Origin: Candidatus Multivorans sp.
GTDB taxonomy: Bacteria; Acidobacteriota; Thermoanaerobaculia; Multivoradales; Multivoraceae
Assembly: GCA_965224025.1 (NCBI GenBank)
Contig: OZ245033.1
Coordinates: 1,216,001-1,280,000, forward strand
DNA length: 64,000 nt
Direction of reading: 5' to 3'
The translations under genes were made by a program, and so were the position numbers. Shown here one piece after another: positions 19,523 through 29,706 of this stretch. Numbering within the stretch: the stretch's first letter is position 1; each line of letters starts with the position of its first letter. A model generated the notes under the pieces. It saw nothing but the letters and a program-made list of their open reading frames with translations, was not told the DNA's origin and searched no databases.

Positions 19523-19538
19523 TGTATGCTGGCTCGCC

Positions 19539-20072
19539 TTGCGCTTCCCCGGTCTGCGCCACGGAGCGCCCGTTCTGCTGGCGGCGTTGCTGGGGAGTCT
19601 GGCCGCCCCGGCCGCCTTCGCCTGCAACGCCGCCTCGGAGGACGACGCGCCGCGCCGGGCCGATGAGGCCGGCCTGAACGTCAGCGCCGGTGTCATCGAC
19701 TTCGGCAAGGACTACGAGACCGCCGAGGTCGGCATCGAGCACCGGTTCCGCACCGACTGGTGCCGGGGCCTCGGTCCCAACGTCGGCGCCTTCGTGACCG
19801 CGGACGGGTCGTTCTACGTTTATGCTGGCGCCGACCGGCGGATCGACCTCGGGCGCTCCTGGTTTCTCGAATCGACCGTCGCCATGGGTTTCTATGAGGC
19901 GGGGGACGGCAAGGACATCGGCGGCGCGCTCGAGTTCCGTTCGGGGATCGCGGTGGGACGCCGTCTGCGCAACGGCTCGCGAGTCGGTCTCGGTTTCTTC
20001 CATCTTTCCAACTCGTCCTACTATCGTCGCAACCCGGGTGTGAACTCCCTCCTTCTCCGTTGGTCGAGGTAG
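19539..20072 (+). CDS. Lipid A 3-O-deacylase (PagL)-like outer-membrane beta-barrel
   Basis: Signal peptide; LEFRSG and FHLSNS...NPGVNS catalytic His-Ser motif. Confidence 0.8.
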   Translation: MRFPGLRHGAPVLLAALLGSLAAPAAFACNAASEDDAPRRADEAGLNVSAGVIDFGKDYETAEVGIEHRFRTDWCRGLGPNVGAFVTADGSFYVYAGADRRIDLGRSWFLESTVAMGFYEAGDGKDIGGALEFRSGIAVGRRLRNGSRVGLGFFHLSNSSYYRRNPGVNSLLLRWSR

Positions 20073-20079
20073 TCCGTAA

Positions 20080-20367
20080 GTGTCTGTAGATCCCGAACTG
20101 CTCGAACTCCTGGTGTGCCCCAAGTCGAAGGGCGCGCTGACCGTGACGCTGCTGCCGGCGCCCGTGTGCGAGCGGCTCGTGGCCCGCTACCGGGAGCACT
20201 TCGCGGGTGAGGAGCCGGTGGTTTCCGAAGGGTTGTGGTGCCGGGAGTCCGGCCTCGTCTATCCGATCGTCAGCGATATTCCGATCATGCTGGTCGCGGA
20301 GGCGTTGCCGGCGGCGGAAGCTCTGCCTGAGGCGGTTGGGGAGAGCGAGCGGGCGAACGACTCGTGA
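20080..20367 (+). CDS. Trm112-like protein
   Basis: LLELLVCPKSKGAL...GLVYPIVSDIPIML. Confidence 0.85.
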   Translation: MSVDPELLELLVCPKSKGALTVTLLPAPVCERLVARYREHFAGEEPVVSEGLWCRESGLVYPIVSDIPIMLVAEALPAAEALPEAVGESERANDS

Positions 20368-21335
20368 GCAACCGGTGGGAGCCATCGGCCTCATCATCGC
20401 GGCGTTGCTCGCCGCCGCGATCTCTTCGCTTCGCGTCCTTCCTCTCGACGCTGCGGCCGCAGGTCGACGACACGCTGGACCGGCTCCTTCCGGCCGAGCG
20501 GACGGCGTCCGCCGCCATTTGCGAGGCGATGCGGTACAGCGTGTTCGCGGGCGGCAAGCGTGTGCGGCCTGCCCTGGTCGTGCTTGCCGGCGAGGCGTGC
20601 GGCGCCCCGCGGCGCGACCTGCTGGCGGGCGGCGCCGCGGTCGAGATGGTCCACACCTTCAGCCTGGTTCACGACGATCTCCCGGCGCTCGACGACGACG
20701 ACCTCCGGCGCGGTCGACCGACCCTGCACAAGGTGCGGGGCGAGGCGATGGCGGTGCTGGCCGGCGACGCACTGCTGAACCACGCCTTCGAAGTCCTGGC
20801 CCGAGAGCCGGCGTCGGCGTCGCCGGAGCGGCGGCTGCGGGCGGTGCGCTTGATGGCCGGCGCCGTGGGCACGATGGGGATGATCGGGGGCCAGGTCCTC
20901 GATCTGCGGCATGAAGGGGCCGCTACCCCGAACGGCGGCGCCGGGCGGGAACGCGCCGCGCGGATTCTCGAGCGGATTCATCGCCTGAAGACGGGCGCCC
21001 TGATCGAAGCGAGCACCCGGCTCGGCGGCGTCTACGCCGGCGCCGTAGACGAGCGCTCGGAGCTGCTCGGCGGGATCGGCGCCGAACTCGGGCTGCTGTT
21101 CCAGATCGCTGACGACATCCTCGATGAGGTGGGCAGTTCCGAGCAGTTGGGCAAGACGGCCGGCAAGGACCGGCAGGCCGCGAAGCTGACCTATCCGCAC
21201 CTGTTCGGCCTGGACGGCAGCCGCGAGAAGGCGCGGCAGGCCGCCGACCGGTGTCTGGCCCTGGTGGAAAAACTGCCGGCGCGGCGGCAGCTCTTCAGGT
21301 CCCTGGTCGCGTTTCTGGTTCACCGGGGCTGGTGA
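20364..21335 (+). CDS. ispA: Polyprenyl (farnesyl) diphosphate synthase
   Basis: GGKRVRP, HDDLPALDDDDLRRG, FQIADDILD, GKTAGKD. Confidence 0.93.
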   Translation: MSNRWEPSASSSRRCSPPRSLRFASFLSTLRPQVDDTLDRLLPAERTASAAICEAMRYSVFAGGKRVRPALVVLAGEACGAPRRDLLAGGAAVEMVHTFSLVHDDLPALDDDDLRRGRPTLHKVRGEAMAVLAGDALLNHAFEVLAREPASASPERRLRAVRLMAGAVGTMGMIGGQVLDLRHEGAATPNGGAGRERAARILERIHRLKTGALIEASTRLGGVYAGAVDERSELLGGIGAELGLLFQIADDILDEVGSSEQLGKTAGKDRQAAKLTYPHLFGLDGSREKARQAADRCLALVEKLPARRQLFRSLVAFLVHRGW

Positions 21336-22066
21336 GGATCCGTCTCGATCAACTGCTGGTGGAGCGCGGGCTGTTCGGCAGCCGGGAACAGTCGAAGCGG
21401 GCGGTGATGGCGGGCGAGGTCTGGGTGGACGGCGAGCGCCGCGACAAGCCGGGGGCCGCGGTCAAGGACGACGCCGCGATCGAGCTGCGGGGCCGGTCGG
21501 AGCCATACGTGTCTCGCGGGGGTCGCAAGCTCGAGCAGGCGCTGCGCTGCTTCGAGGTCGATCCCGAGGGCGCCGTGTGCCTCGATGTCGGCGCCTCGAC
21601 CGGGGGGTTCACGGACTGTCTTCTGCAGCATGGAGCGGCCCGGGTGTACGCGGTGGACGTGGGCTACGGCCAGCTCGACGCGCGGCTGCGCGGCGACCCC
21701 AGGGTGGTCGTGATGGAGCGGATCAACGCGCGGCATCTGGCGGCCGACGCCCTGCCGGAGCGATGCTGGATCGCGACCATGGACGTCTCCTTCATCTCGG
21801 TGGTCAAGGTCGCGCCGGCGCTGCTGCCGCACTTGGCGGCCGGAGCCGATCTGATCGTGCTGATCAAGCCGCAGTTCGAAGCCGGCCGCGGTCAGGTCGG
21901 CAGGGGCGGGGTGGTGCGCGACGATGCGCTGCGCCGTCGGATCGCCGAGCAGCGCACCTCCGAACTGGGCGCCCTCGGGCTCCGGTTCACAGCCTCGGTA
22001 GACTGCGATCTTCGGGGACCGGCAGGCAATCGCGAGATCCTCGCGCACTTCAGGACACAGTCCTAG
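21332..22066 (+). CDS. tlyA: TlyA-family rRNA 2'-O-methyltransferase
   Basis: S4 domain RLDQLLVERGL, YVSRGG, DVGASTGGFTD, LIKPQFE. Confidence 0.93.
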   Translation: MRIRLDQLLVERGLFGSREQSKRAVMAGEVWVDGERRDKPGAAVKDDAAIELRGRSEPYVSRGGRKLEQALRCFEVDPEGAVCLDVGASTGGFTDCLLQHGAARVYAVDVGYGQLDARLRGDPRVVVMERINARHLAADALPERCWIATMDVSFISVVKVAPALLPHLAAGADLIVLIKPQFEAGRGQVGRGGVVRDDALRRRIAEQRTSELGALGLRFTASVDCDLRGPAGNREILAHFRTQS

Positions 22067-22078
22067 CGCACTTCAGAA

Positions 22079-22882
22079 ATGACCAACATCGACCAGGTCG
22101 CGGTCGTTGCCAAGCGGGACAGCGAGCGAGCGGCCGCGACCGCTGCCGAGGTCAAGCGTTGGCTCGAGGACTGCGGCGTCTCGGTCGTCGACGCCGATTC
22201 GAATCAGGTCGGCCTGATCCTGGTCCTGGGCGGTGACGGCACTCTCTTGTCTGTGGCTCGGAGTCGTCCCGGCGTGCCGATCGTGGGGGTCAACCTCGGC
22301 ACCCTGGGCTATCTCGCGGAGATCGGACGCGAGGGCCTGTACGCGAACCTGGGGGCGATTCTCGAGGGCCGGTTCGAGGTCGAGGAGCGGCTGCTGCTCG
22401 ATGTGGAGCTCCGGCGCGAGGCGGGCGGCGTGAGCCGGTACCGGGCGCTGAACGACGCCGTGGTCCACAAGAGCGCCCTGGCGCGGATGATCCACCTGGA
22501 GGTCGAGATCGACGGCGAGCCGGTCGCCTTCTACCGGGCGGACGGCCTGATCGTCTCGACGCCGACCGGATCGACCGCGTACAGCCTCTCGGCCGGCGGT
22601 CCGATCCTCTACCCGACGTTGCCGGTGTCGCTGCTGACGCCGATTTCGCCGCACACCCTGTCCATGCGGCCGATCGTGGTGCCGGAGACCAGCACCATCG
22701 CGATGACGCTCGGCAGCCGGGACGAGGAGGTCTTTCTCACCCTGGACGGTCAGGAGGGGGCCCGGTTGGGGGGTGGCGACCGGGTGGTCGTGACCGCTTC
22801 GGAGTCGAGGGCGCTGCTCGCGCGTGCCTGTGGCCAGACCCACTACGACGCGCTGCGAAGCAAGCTGGGCTGGGGCGAGTAG
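22079..22882 (+). CDS. nadK: NAD kinase
   Basis: GGDGT, DGLIVSTPTGSTAYSLSAGGP. Confidence 0.95.
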   Translation: MTNIDQVAVVAKRDSERAAATAAEVKRWLEDCGVSVVDADSNQVGLILVLGGDGTLLSVARSRPGVPIVGVNLGTLGYLAEIGREGLYANLGAILEGRFEVEERLLLDVELRREAGGVSRYRALNDAVVHKSALARMIHLEVEIDGEPVAFYRADGLIVSTPTGSTAYSLSAGGPILYPTLPVSLLTPISPHTLSMRPIVVPETSTIAMTLGSRDEEVFLTLDGQEGARLGGGDRVVVTASESRALLARACGQTHYDALRSKLGWGE

Positions 22883-22901
22883 GCGCTGCTACGATCGCGC
22901 C

Positions 22902-24128
22902 ATGTCGAAACCAGACCGCGACACGACCGTCTTCACGCCGATCGAAGAGGCCGTCGCCATCTTCCGCGACGGCGGCCAGGTGATCATCGTCGACGACGAG
23001 GATCGCGAGAACGAGGGCGACCTGGCGATCGCCGCCGACAGGGTGACGCCCGACGCGATCAACTTCATGGCCACCCACGGACGCGGCCTGATCTGCCTCG
23101 CGATGACCGAGGACCGCTGCGACGAGCTCGACCTGCCGCTGATGGTGCGGGACAACACGTCGCCCTTCGAGACCGCGTTCACCGTCTCGATCGAAGCCCG
23201 GGGCAAGGTGACGACTGGGATCTCGGCGGCGGACCGCGCGGCGACGATCGAGACCGCGATCGATCCGGCGACCGGCCCCCGGGATCTGCTGCGGCCCGGT
23301 CACGTCTTCCCGCTACGGGCCAAGCGCGGCGGCGTCCTCAAGCGTGCCGGTCAGACGGAGGCGTCGGTGGATCTGGCGACCCTGGCGGGGCTGAAGCCGG
23401 CCGGCGTGATCTGCGAGATCATGAACGACGACGGCACCATGGCGCGGGTGCCCGATCTGGTCAAGTACAGCCGGATCCACAACCTGCCGATGATCACGGT
23501 TTCGGACCTCATCCGCTATCGACTGAGCAACGAGAGCCTGGTCGAACTCATCGCCTCGCCGACGTTGCCCACCCCGTACGGCGACATGAAGGCCTACGCC
23601 TACCGGGCCGAGTTGACGGGCGAAGAGCACGTGTGCCTGGTGATGGGCAAGCCGACGCCGGACGAGGACATTCTAGTGCGGGTACACAGCCAGTGCCTGA
23701 CCGGAGACGTGTTCCACTCCGAGCGCTGCGACTGCGGCATCCAGCTCTACCAGGCCCTATCCAAGATCGCCGCCGAGGGAACGGGCGTGCTGCTCTACCT
23801 GCTGCAGGAGGGCCGGGGCATCGGCCTGTTCAACAAGCTGCGCGCGTACGAGCTGCAGGAACAGGGGCACGACACCGTCGAGGCGAACCACAAGCTGGGG
23901 TTCAGGGCCGACCAGCGCAACTACGGCATCGGCGCCCAGATCCTGCGTGACCTCGGCGTTCGACGGATGCGGCTGATGACGAACAACCCGCACAAGTACA
24001 TCGCGCTCTCCGGCTACGGCCTGGAGATCGTGGATCGGGTGGCGATCGAGGTGGAGCCGAACGAGTCGAATCGCGAGTACCTCCGGGCCAAGCGCGAGAA
24101 GATGGGCCACCTGCTGCAGTTGGTATGA
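22902..24128 (+). CDS. ribBA: Bifunctional DHBP synthase / GTP cyclohydrolase II
   Basis: [20 protein letters not shown]...[18 protein letters not shown]. Confidence 0.96.
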   Translation: MSKPDRDTTVFTPIEEAVAIFRDGGQVIIVDDEDRENEGDLAIAADRVTPDAINFMATHGRGLICLAMTEDRCDELDLPLMVRDNTSPFETAFTVSIEARGKVTTGISAADRAATIETAIDPATGPRDLLRPGHVFPLRAKRGGVLKRAGQTEASVDLATLAGLKPAGVICEIMNDDGTMARVPDLVKYSRIHNLPMITVSDLIRYRLSNESLVELIASPTLPTPYGDMKAYAYRAELTGEEHVCLVMGKPTPDEDILVRVHSQCLTGDVFHSERCDCGIQLYQALSKIAAEGTGVLLYLLQEGRGIGLFNKLRAYELQEQGHDTVEANHKLGFRADQRNYGIGAQILRDLGVRRMRLMTNNPHKYIALSGYGLEIVDRVAIEVEPNESNREYLRAKREKMGHLLQLV

Positions 24129-25183
24129 GCGCCGGCAGCTCCAGGCCTCGGGCGCTGGTCACGGGCGTGACCGGCCAGGACGGCTCCTACCTCGCCGAGC
24201 AGTTGCTCGACGAAGATTGGGACGTCTGGGGTTTGGCGCGGCCGGCGTCCCAGTCGGGCAACACGCGCTTGATCGACCACCTGCTGGAAAGGGGCGGCGA
24301 CTCGGGGCTCCGGCTGCGCCTGATCGCCGGCGACCTCGCCGATGCGTCCTCGCTCGACCACGCCGTGGCGACGGTGGCGCCCGACGAGATCTACAACCTC
24401 GGTGCGCAGTCCCATGTCCAGGTCTCCTTCGAGCTGCCGGCGGCGACCGGTCAGGTCACCGGTCTTGGCGTGTTGCGGCTGTTGGAGGCCATGCGCCGGC
24501 ACTGCCCGCGGGCGCGCTTCTACCAGGCCTCGTCCTCCGAGCTCTACGGGCGTGCCGTGGAGTCGCCGCAGAACGAAACGACCCGGTTCTATCCGCGCAG
24601 CCCGTACGGCGCGGCGAAGGCCTACGGCTTCCACATCACCCGCAACTACCGCGAGGCCTACGGCCTGTTCGCGGTCAATGGAATCCTGTTCAACCACGAG
24701 TCGCCGCGCCGGGGCGAGACCTTCGTCACCCGCAAGATCGCGCTGGCCGCGGCCCGGATCCGGGCGAGCCTGCAGGAGCGTCTCTACCTTGGCAATCTGT
24801 CCTCACGGCGCGACTGGGGGTTTGCCGGCGACTACGTGGAGGCGATGCGGTTGATGCTGCGTGCGGAGCAGCCGGACGACTACGTGATCGCCACCGGCGA
24901 TACGCACAGCGTGCGCGAGTTCTGCGAGATCGCCTTCGCCCACGCGGGGCTGCCTCTGACCTGGCGCGGTTCGGGCGCCTGTGAGCAGGGCGTGGCCAGG
25001 GACGGGCGGGTGCTGGTCGCGGTCGACCCCCGGTACTTCCGCAAGGCCGAAGTCGACGCGCTCTGCGGCGATGCGAGCCTGGCGCGGGAGCGCCTGGGAT
25101 GGAGTCCCAAGGTGACCTTCCGGCGGCTCGTCGAGATGATGGTCGACGCCGAACTCAAGGCGGCCGGTCTGACGGTCGCATGA
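24125..25183 (+). CDS. gmd: GDP-mannose 4,6-dehydratase
   Basis: [52 protein letters not shown]. Confidence 0.95.
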   Translation: MSAGSSRPRALVTGVTGQDGSYLAEQLLDEDWDVWGLARPASQSGNTRLIDHLLERGGDSGLRLRLIAGDLADASSLDHAVATVAPDEIYNLGAQSHVQVSFELPAATGQVTGLGVLRLLEAMRRHCPRARFYQASSSELYGRAVESPQNETTRFYPRSPYGAAKAYGFHITRNYREAYGLFAVNGILFNHESPRRGETFVTRKIALAAARIRASLQERLYLGNLSSRRDWGFAGDYVEAMRLMLRAEQPDDYVIATGDTHSVREFCEIAFAHAGLPLTWRGSGACEQGVARDGRVLVAVDPRYFRKAEVDALCGDASLARERLGWSPKVTFRRLVEMMVDAELKAAGLTVA

Positions 25184-25560
25184 AGTTGACACGCCGCGCG
25201 GCGTTCACCGGGCGATTCGAGGCGATGCTCTCCACCGTCGACGCGCTTGTCTGTCCGTCCAACGTCACCGCGTTTCTCATGACGGACGCGATGGGATACG
25301 ACACGGTCGCGGCGTTCGGGCAGGCAGTGGCGGAGGTCGCCGAGAACTTCGATCCGCCACTTGGCAGCATGCAGCTCTTCACCGCGCCCGCCGACTTCGC
25401 CGGCACGCCGACCATCTCCGTGCCGTGCGGCTTCTCGGGGGCGGGAGCGCCGCACAGCCTGCGACTCGTTGGCCGCGATCTGAGCGAAGGGGCGCTCTGC
25501 CGTCTCGCCTACGCTTGCGAGCAGGCCACCGACTGGCACCTGCGCCATCCCGAGGTCTGA
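25180..25560 (+). pseudogene. C-terminal fragment of an amidase-signature protein
   Basis: VDALVCP...FAGTPTISVPCGF...LCRLAYACEQ; the GGSS amidase signature region is absent. Confidence 0.7.
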
Positions 25561-25568
25561 GCCCGCGG

Positions 25569-27119
25569 CTACGGCATGTAGGGCGTCGGACCGGGTCCGA
25601 GCTGCGTCTCCAGAACCCCCTGGGCGGTGTCGATGAAGTCGCAGACCATCGGCCGGCTCTCGCGGGGGTCGATGATCTCTTCGATGTTGAAGGCCTCGGC
25701 GGTGCGGAATGGCGACGCCAGGGCCTCGAGGCGGTCCTCGATCTCCTTCTGCTTGGCCGCGGGGTCGTCGGACTCCCGGATGATGCGCCGGTAGGCGGCG
25801 GTCACGCCGCCGGAGATGTGCATGGACCCCCAGTGGCCGGAAGGCCAGACCACGCGCCGGAACATGCCGCTCGGGCGGTCGTGGCACTGGCCGGCGACGC
25901 CGTAGAGCTGCCGGATGACGATGGTGAGCCACGGCATGCGGGTTCGAAGCGTCGCGCAGAGCATCTTGGCGCCGGCGCGGACGATCCCCTGGCGCTGCTG
26001 CTCGGGGCCGACCATGAAGCCGGGCTCGTCGGCGAAGTAGACCATCGGCAGGTGGAACGTGTCGCAGAGTTGCAGGAAGCGGATCACCTTGGTGCCGGCC
26101 GCGACGTTCATGGAGCCGCCGAGGTAGCTCGGGTTGTTAATCATCGTGCCGACCGGATAGCCGTTGACGCGGGCGAGCCCGACGATGCGGGAGCGTCCGT
26201 AGTGCGGCGTGATCTCGAAGAAGGAGTCGCGGTCGAGCACCGCGTCGAGGATCGCTCTCGGGTCGTAGGCCTTGTTCTTTTCGCGGGGAATGGCGGACAG
26301 GAGCGACGGCTCGCGCCGACCCGGGTCGTCGCCCGTGTCGCCGCGGGGTGGCATCTGCCAGACGCTGTCGGGCAGGTAGCTCAGGAACTGCTTGAGCTGT
26401 GCCGCGGCCTCTTCCTCGGAGTCGGCGAGATTGTCGATGACGCCGCTGCCGAACACCTGTGTGCGCTCGTCGCCGAGATCTTCCTTCGTGATGTCGATGC
26501 CGAGCGCGGCCTTGACGACCGGAGGACCGCCCGGGAACACTTGGCTCGTGCCCCTGACCATCACGTTGAAGTGGGCGAGGCACGCCTCCACCGCCGGCAA
26601 CCCGGCCACCGAGCCGAGCACGGCGGCGACGACCGGCACCCTGCAGAGCAGGTCCTCGATGCCCGGCGTAGCGGGGTTGGTCGGGATGTAGGTGCGTCCG
26701 ATCTTCTCGAAGGTCTTGACGCTGCCGCCGGTGGAGTCGAGGAGTCGCACGTAGGGCAGACGCCAACCGAGCGCCAGCTTCTGGGCGTGACCGCTCTTGT
26801 CGCCAACCGACGCGTCGGAGGCGCCGCCGCGCACGGTGAAGTCGCCGCCGTTCAGAACCGTCTTGCGGCCAGCCAGGCGGGCGAGCCCGATGACCCGGTT
26901 CGAGGGCCGCACGTCCTGGAGCTCGTTGCCTTCGTAGGTGGCCACTCCGGCGAGCTCTCCGATCTCCTGGAACGAGCCCTCGTCGGTGAACAGTGCGAGC
27001 CGCTCGCGGATCGTCAGCTTGCCCCGACGGTGCTGCTCCGCGATGCCGGCCTCGCCGCCCATCTTCTGGGCGAATTCCCGGCGCCGCCTCAGCTCCTCGA
27101 TCTCTCGCTCCCACACCAT
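25569..27119 (-). CDS. Acyl-CoA carboxylase carboxyltransferase subunit
   Basis: QHRRGKLTIRERL, DFTVRGG, GGPPVV, DEPGFMVG, EEIIDPRESR. Confidence 0.9.
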   Translation of the reverse strand: MVWEREIEELRRRREFAQKMGGEAGIAEQHRRGKLTIRERLALFTDEGSFQEIGELAGVATYEGNELQDVRPSNRVIGLARLAGRKTVLNGGDFTVRGGASDASVGDKSGHAQKLALGWRLPYVRLLDSTGGSVKTFEKIGRTYIPTNPATPGIEDLLCRVPVVAAVLGSVAGLPAVEACLAHFNVMVRGTSQVFPGGPPVVKAALGIDITKEDLGDERTQVFGSGVIDNLADSEEEAAAQLKQFLSYLPDSVWQMPPRGDTGDDPGRREPSLLSAIPREKNKAYDPRAILDAVLDRDSFFEITPHYGRSRIVGLARVNGYPVGTMINNPSYLGGSMNVAAGTKVIRFLQLCDTFHLPMVYFADEPGFMVGPEQQRQGIVRAGAKMLCATLRTRMPWLTIVIRQLYGVAGQCHDRPSGMFRRVVWPSGHWGSMHISGGVTAAYRRIIRESDDPAAKQKEIEDRLEALASPFRTAEAFNIEEIIDPRESRPMVCDFIDTAQGVLETQLGPGPTPYMP

Positions 27120-27207
27120 GCTTCCTCCCCGGACGCCGATGCTACTTGCCTGCTAGCGCCGCCAGACCCGTCGCAGGCTCCGTGTTTGGCCCCAGCCCCC
27201 ACCTCCA

Positions 27208-27264
27208 CTAGCAGGCCGCGCGACGAAACGCGCTCCGCGTCGTTTCTGCGGCGCGGCCTGCTAG
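27208..27264. repeat. CTAG-bounded inverted repeat / hairpin
   Basis: 14-bp perfect arms CTAGCAGGCCGCGC...GCGCGGCCTGCTAG in a divergent intergenic region. Confidence 0.65.
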
Positions 27265-27319
27265 AGTGCCGCCCCGGCCGGCGCTGCTGGGCCGCACTAC
27301 GACGACGTCGACGGAGCAG

Positions 27320-29044
27320 ATGATGACCGAGCCGCAACTGGCGCGGCGCAGCGGCACGCCGCGGCCTCTGATCGCCGCACCGGAACGCCTGAACGAACTG
27401 CGCGAGGGCTCGCGCGAGTGGCCTTCGTGGACGCTGACGCCGCGCCAGATCTACGATCTGGAGCTGCTTCTGTGCGGTGGCTTCGCGCCGCTCGACGGGT
27501 TCATGGACCGGGCCGCGTTCGACAGCGTGTGCGAGACGATGCGCCTGCCCTCGGGAGCGCTCTGGCCGATCCCGATCACGCTGGACGTCACGCCGGAAGC
27601 TGCCGCCGGGTTGGAGGCGGGGTCCCGTCTGGTCCTTCGCGACCTGGAAGGCCTGATGCTCGCCGTGCTCACGGTGGATGACGTCTGGCAGCACGACCGG
27701 CGCAAGGAAGCGGAGTTCGTCTACGGCACGCTCGACCAGGCCCACCCCGGTGTCGCTCATCTCTACCAGCGGACGAACACCGTGTCCGTCGGTGGCCGGG
27801 TCGAGGGCGTGACGCTGCCGCGGCACTACGACTTTCCCGGACTGCGGAAGACGCCCGCGCAGTTGAGGCGACGCTTCGCGCAGCTTGGCTGGAAGACGGC
27901 GGTGGCTTTCCAGACCCGCAACCCCATGCATCGGGCACACTTCGAGCTGACGCTGCGGGCGGCGCGCGAGCTGGAGGCGAACCTGCTGATTCACCCGGTC
28001 GTCGGCATGACGAAGCCGGGCGACCTGGATCACTACACGCGGGTCCGCTGCTACCGCAAGGTCCTCGCTCACTATCCGCGCCACACCGCGGAGCTGGCGC
28101 TGCTCCCTCTCGCCATGCGCATGGCGGGACCGCGCGAGGCGCTCTGGCACGCCCTGATCCGCAGGAACTACGGGTGCACGCACCTGATCGTCGGCCGCGA
28201 CCACGCGGGCCCGGGAGTCGACTCACAGGGTCGGCCGTTCTACGGCCCGTACGACGCGCAGGAGCTGATGGTCGAGCACGAAGCCGAGCTCGGCGTAAAG
28301 ATGGTCCCCTTCCGGATGATGGTCTACGTCGAGGATCGCGACTCCTACGAGCCGATCGACGCCGTCAAGGAAGGCGAGCGGACGCTCTCGATATCGGGCA
28401 GCGATCTCCGCCGCCGGCTGCGCCGGGGCCTTCCGATCCCGGAGTGGTTCACGTTCCCGGAAGTGGCCCGCGAGTTGCGCCGTGGCCATCCGGCGCGCAG
28501 CAACCAGGGGTTCACGGTGTTCTTCACCGGCCTGTCGGGCGCCGGCAAGTCGACGATCGCGAACGTTCTCCTGGTCAAGTTTCTGGAAGCCGGCGGACGT
28601 CCCGTGACCCTGCTCGACGGCGACATCGTGCGTACCAACCTGTCGTCGGAACTCGGGTTCTCCCGGGAGCATCGCGACATCAACATCCGGCGGATCGGGT
28701 TCGTCGCCTCGGAGATCACGAAGAACGGCGGTGTCGCCATCTGCGCCCCGATCGCTCCCTACGAGAGCGTCCGCCAGGACGTGCGGGAGATGATCGAGGA
28801 GGTCGGCGGCTACATCCTGGTTCACGTGGCGACGCCGCTCGACGTGTGCGAGGAACGCGACGTCAAGGGTCTCTACGCCCAGGCCAGGGCCGGACTGATC
28901 GACGCCTTCACCGGCATCTCGGATCCCTATGAGGCGCCGGAAGGCCCGGACCTGGTCATCGACACCACGGACATCACTGCCGAGGAGGCCGCGCAGCAGG
29001 TCATCCTCCACCTGGAGAAGGAGGGGTTCGTCGGACCGCGTTGA
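27320..29044 (+). CDS. cysC: Bifunctional sulfate adenylyltransferase / adenylylsulfate kinase
   Basis: AFQTRNPMHRAH, VGRDHAG (Sat); FTGLSGAGKST, LLDGD, FTGISDPYEAP (APS kinase). Confidence 0.93.
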   Translation: MMTEPQLARRSGTPRPLIAAPERLNELREGSREWPSWTLTPRQIYDLELLLCGGFAPLDGFMDRAAFDSVCETMRLPSGALWPIPITLDVTPEAAAGLEAGSRLVLRDLEGLMLAVLTVDDVWQHDRRKEAEFVYGTLDQAHPGVAHLYQRTNTVSVGGRVEGVTLPRHYDFPGLRKTPAQLRRRFAQLGWKTAVAFQTRNPMHRAHFELTLRAARELEANLLIHPVVGMTKPGDLDHYTRVRCYRKVLAHYPRHTAELALLPLAMRMAGPREALWHALIRRNYGCTHLIVGRDHAGPGVDSQGRPFYGPYDAQELMVEHEAELGVKMVPFRMMVYVEDRDSYEPIDAVKEGERTLSISGSDLRRRLRRGLPIPEWFTFPEVARELRRGHPARSNQGFTVFFTGLSGAGKSTIANVLLVKFLEAGGRPVTLLDGDIVRTNLSSELGFSREHRDINIRRIGFVASEITKNGGVAICAPIAPYESVRQDVREMIEEVGGYILVHVATPLDVCEERDVKGLYAQARAGLIDAFTGISDPYEAPEGPDLVIDTTDITAEEAAQQVILHLEKEGFVGPR

Positions 29045-29087
29045 CTGCTCCCCGCGGCGCTTCGCGCTCAAGTGGCGACTGCTCTCT

Positions 29088-29498
29088 GTGGGTGTCGCCG
29101 CGGTTGTCGCGTTGTTTCTGCTCCTGCCCGCGGAGACGCTGGCTGGGACGTTCGAGCGCGGTGTGCGGTGGCTGGCGGGTCTGCTCGGCGGCGATACCCG
29201 CCGGATCGCGGCCGAGCTGCCGTGGGACCACATCGTCCATGGCCTGCTGTTCGCCGTGCTGGCCTGGGTCTGGTGCCGGCCTTTCGCGCGTGCGGGCCGG
29301 ATCAGAGATCTGCTGCTGGCGGCTGCCGCGGCGGTCGTCTACGGCGCTGCGATCGAGGTGTTCCAGACGCTCCTCGGCTACCGGTCGGGCGAGTGGATGG
29401 ACCTGGTCGCGGACGCCGTCGGCGTTGCGCTCGGCGCTCTGTTTGCCGCTCGGCTCCTCCCCCGGCGGCGTCGCTTCGTCGCGGCCCGATCGGGTTGA
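29088..29498 (+). CDS. VanZ-family membrane protein (start uncertain)
   Basis: DHIVHGLLFAVL, YGAAIEVFQ...RSGEWMDLVADAVG. Confidence 0.75.
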   Translation: MGVAAVVALFLLLPAETLAGTFERGVRWLAGLLGGDTRRIAAELPWDHIVHGLLFAVLAWVWCRPFARAGRIRDLLLAAAAAVVYGAAIEVFQTLLGYRSGEWMDLVADAVGVALGALFAARLLPRRRRFVAARSG

Positions 29499-29579
29499 AG
29501 GGTGTTGCCGTAGAGAATGTCGTCAGGCCGGCGACGCCATGGTTGCAGTAGAGAGCCCCGCAAGGCCGGCGGCCGTGCT

Positions 29580-29627
29580 CTGGGTGCGCGGGCCTTCCGG
29601 CCCGCATCAGGCACGATGCCGCGCAGC
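29580..29627. repeat. REP-like palindrome, family 1
   Basis: CTGGGTGCGCGGGCCTTCCGGCCCGCATC plus tail shared with 2399-2440. Confidence 0.7.
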
Positions 29628-29706
29628 GGCGAGCGCGAGCCGCGAAGTCTCTTGGCCGGTGCTAGCGTCACCAGCCGGCTGACGACTCAGCCGGGGCAAG
29701 TGTGGA

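Noticed and set aside
29500-29706. SAM or cobalamin riboswitch upstream of metH
   Set aside because: No recognisable consensus; the region is largely explained by a REP-like repeat
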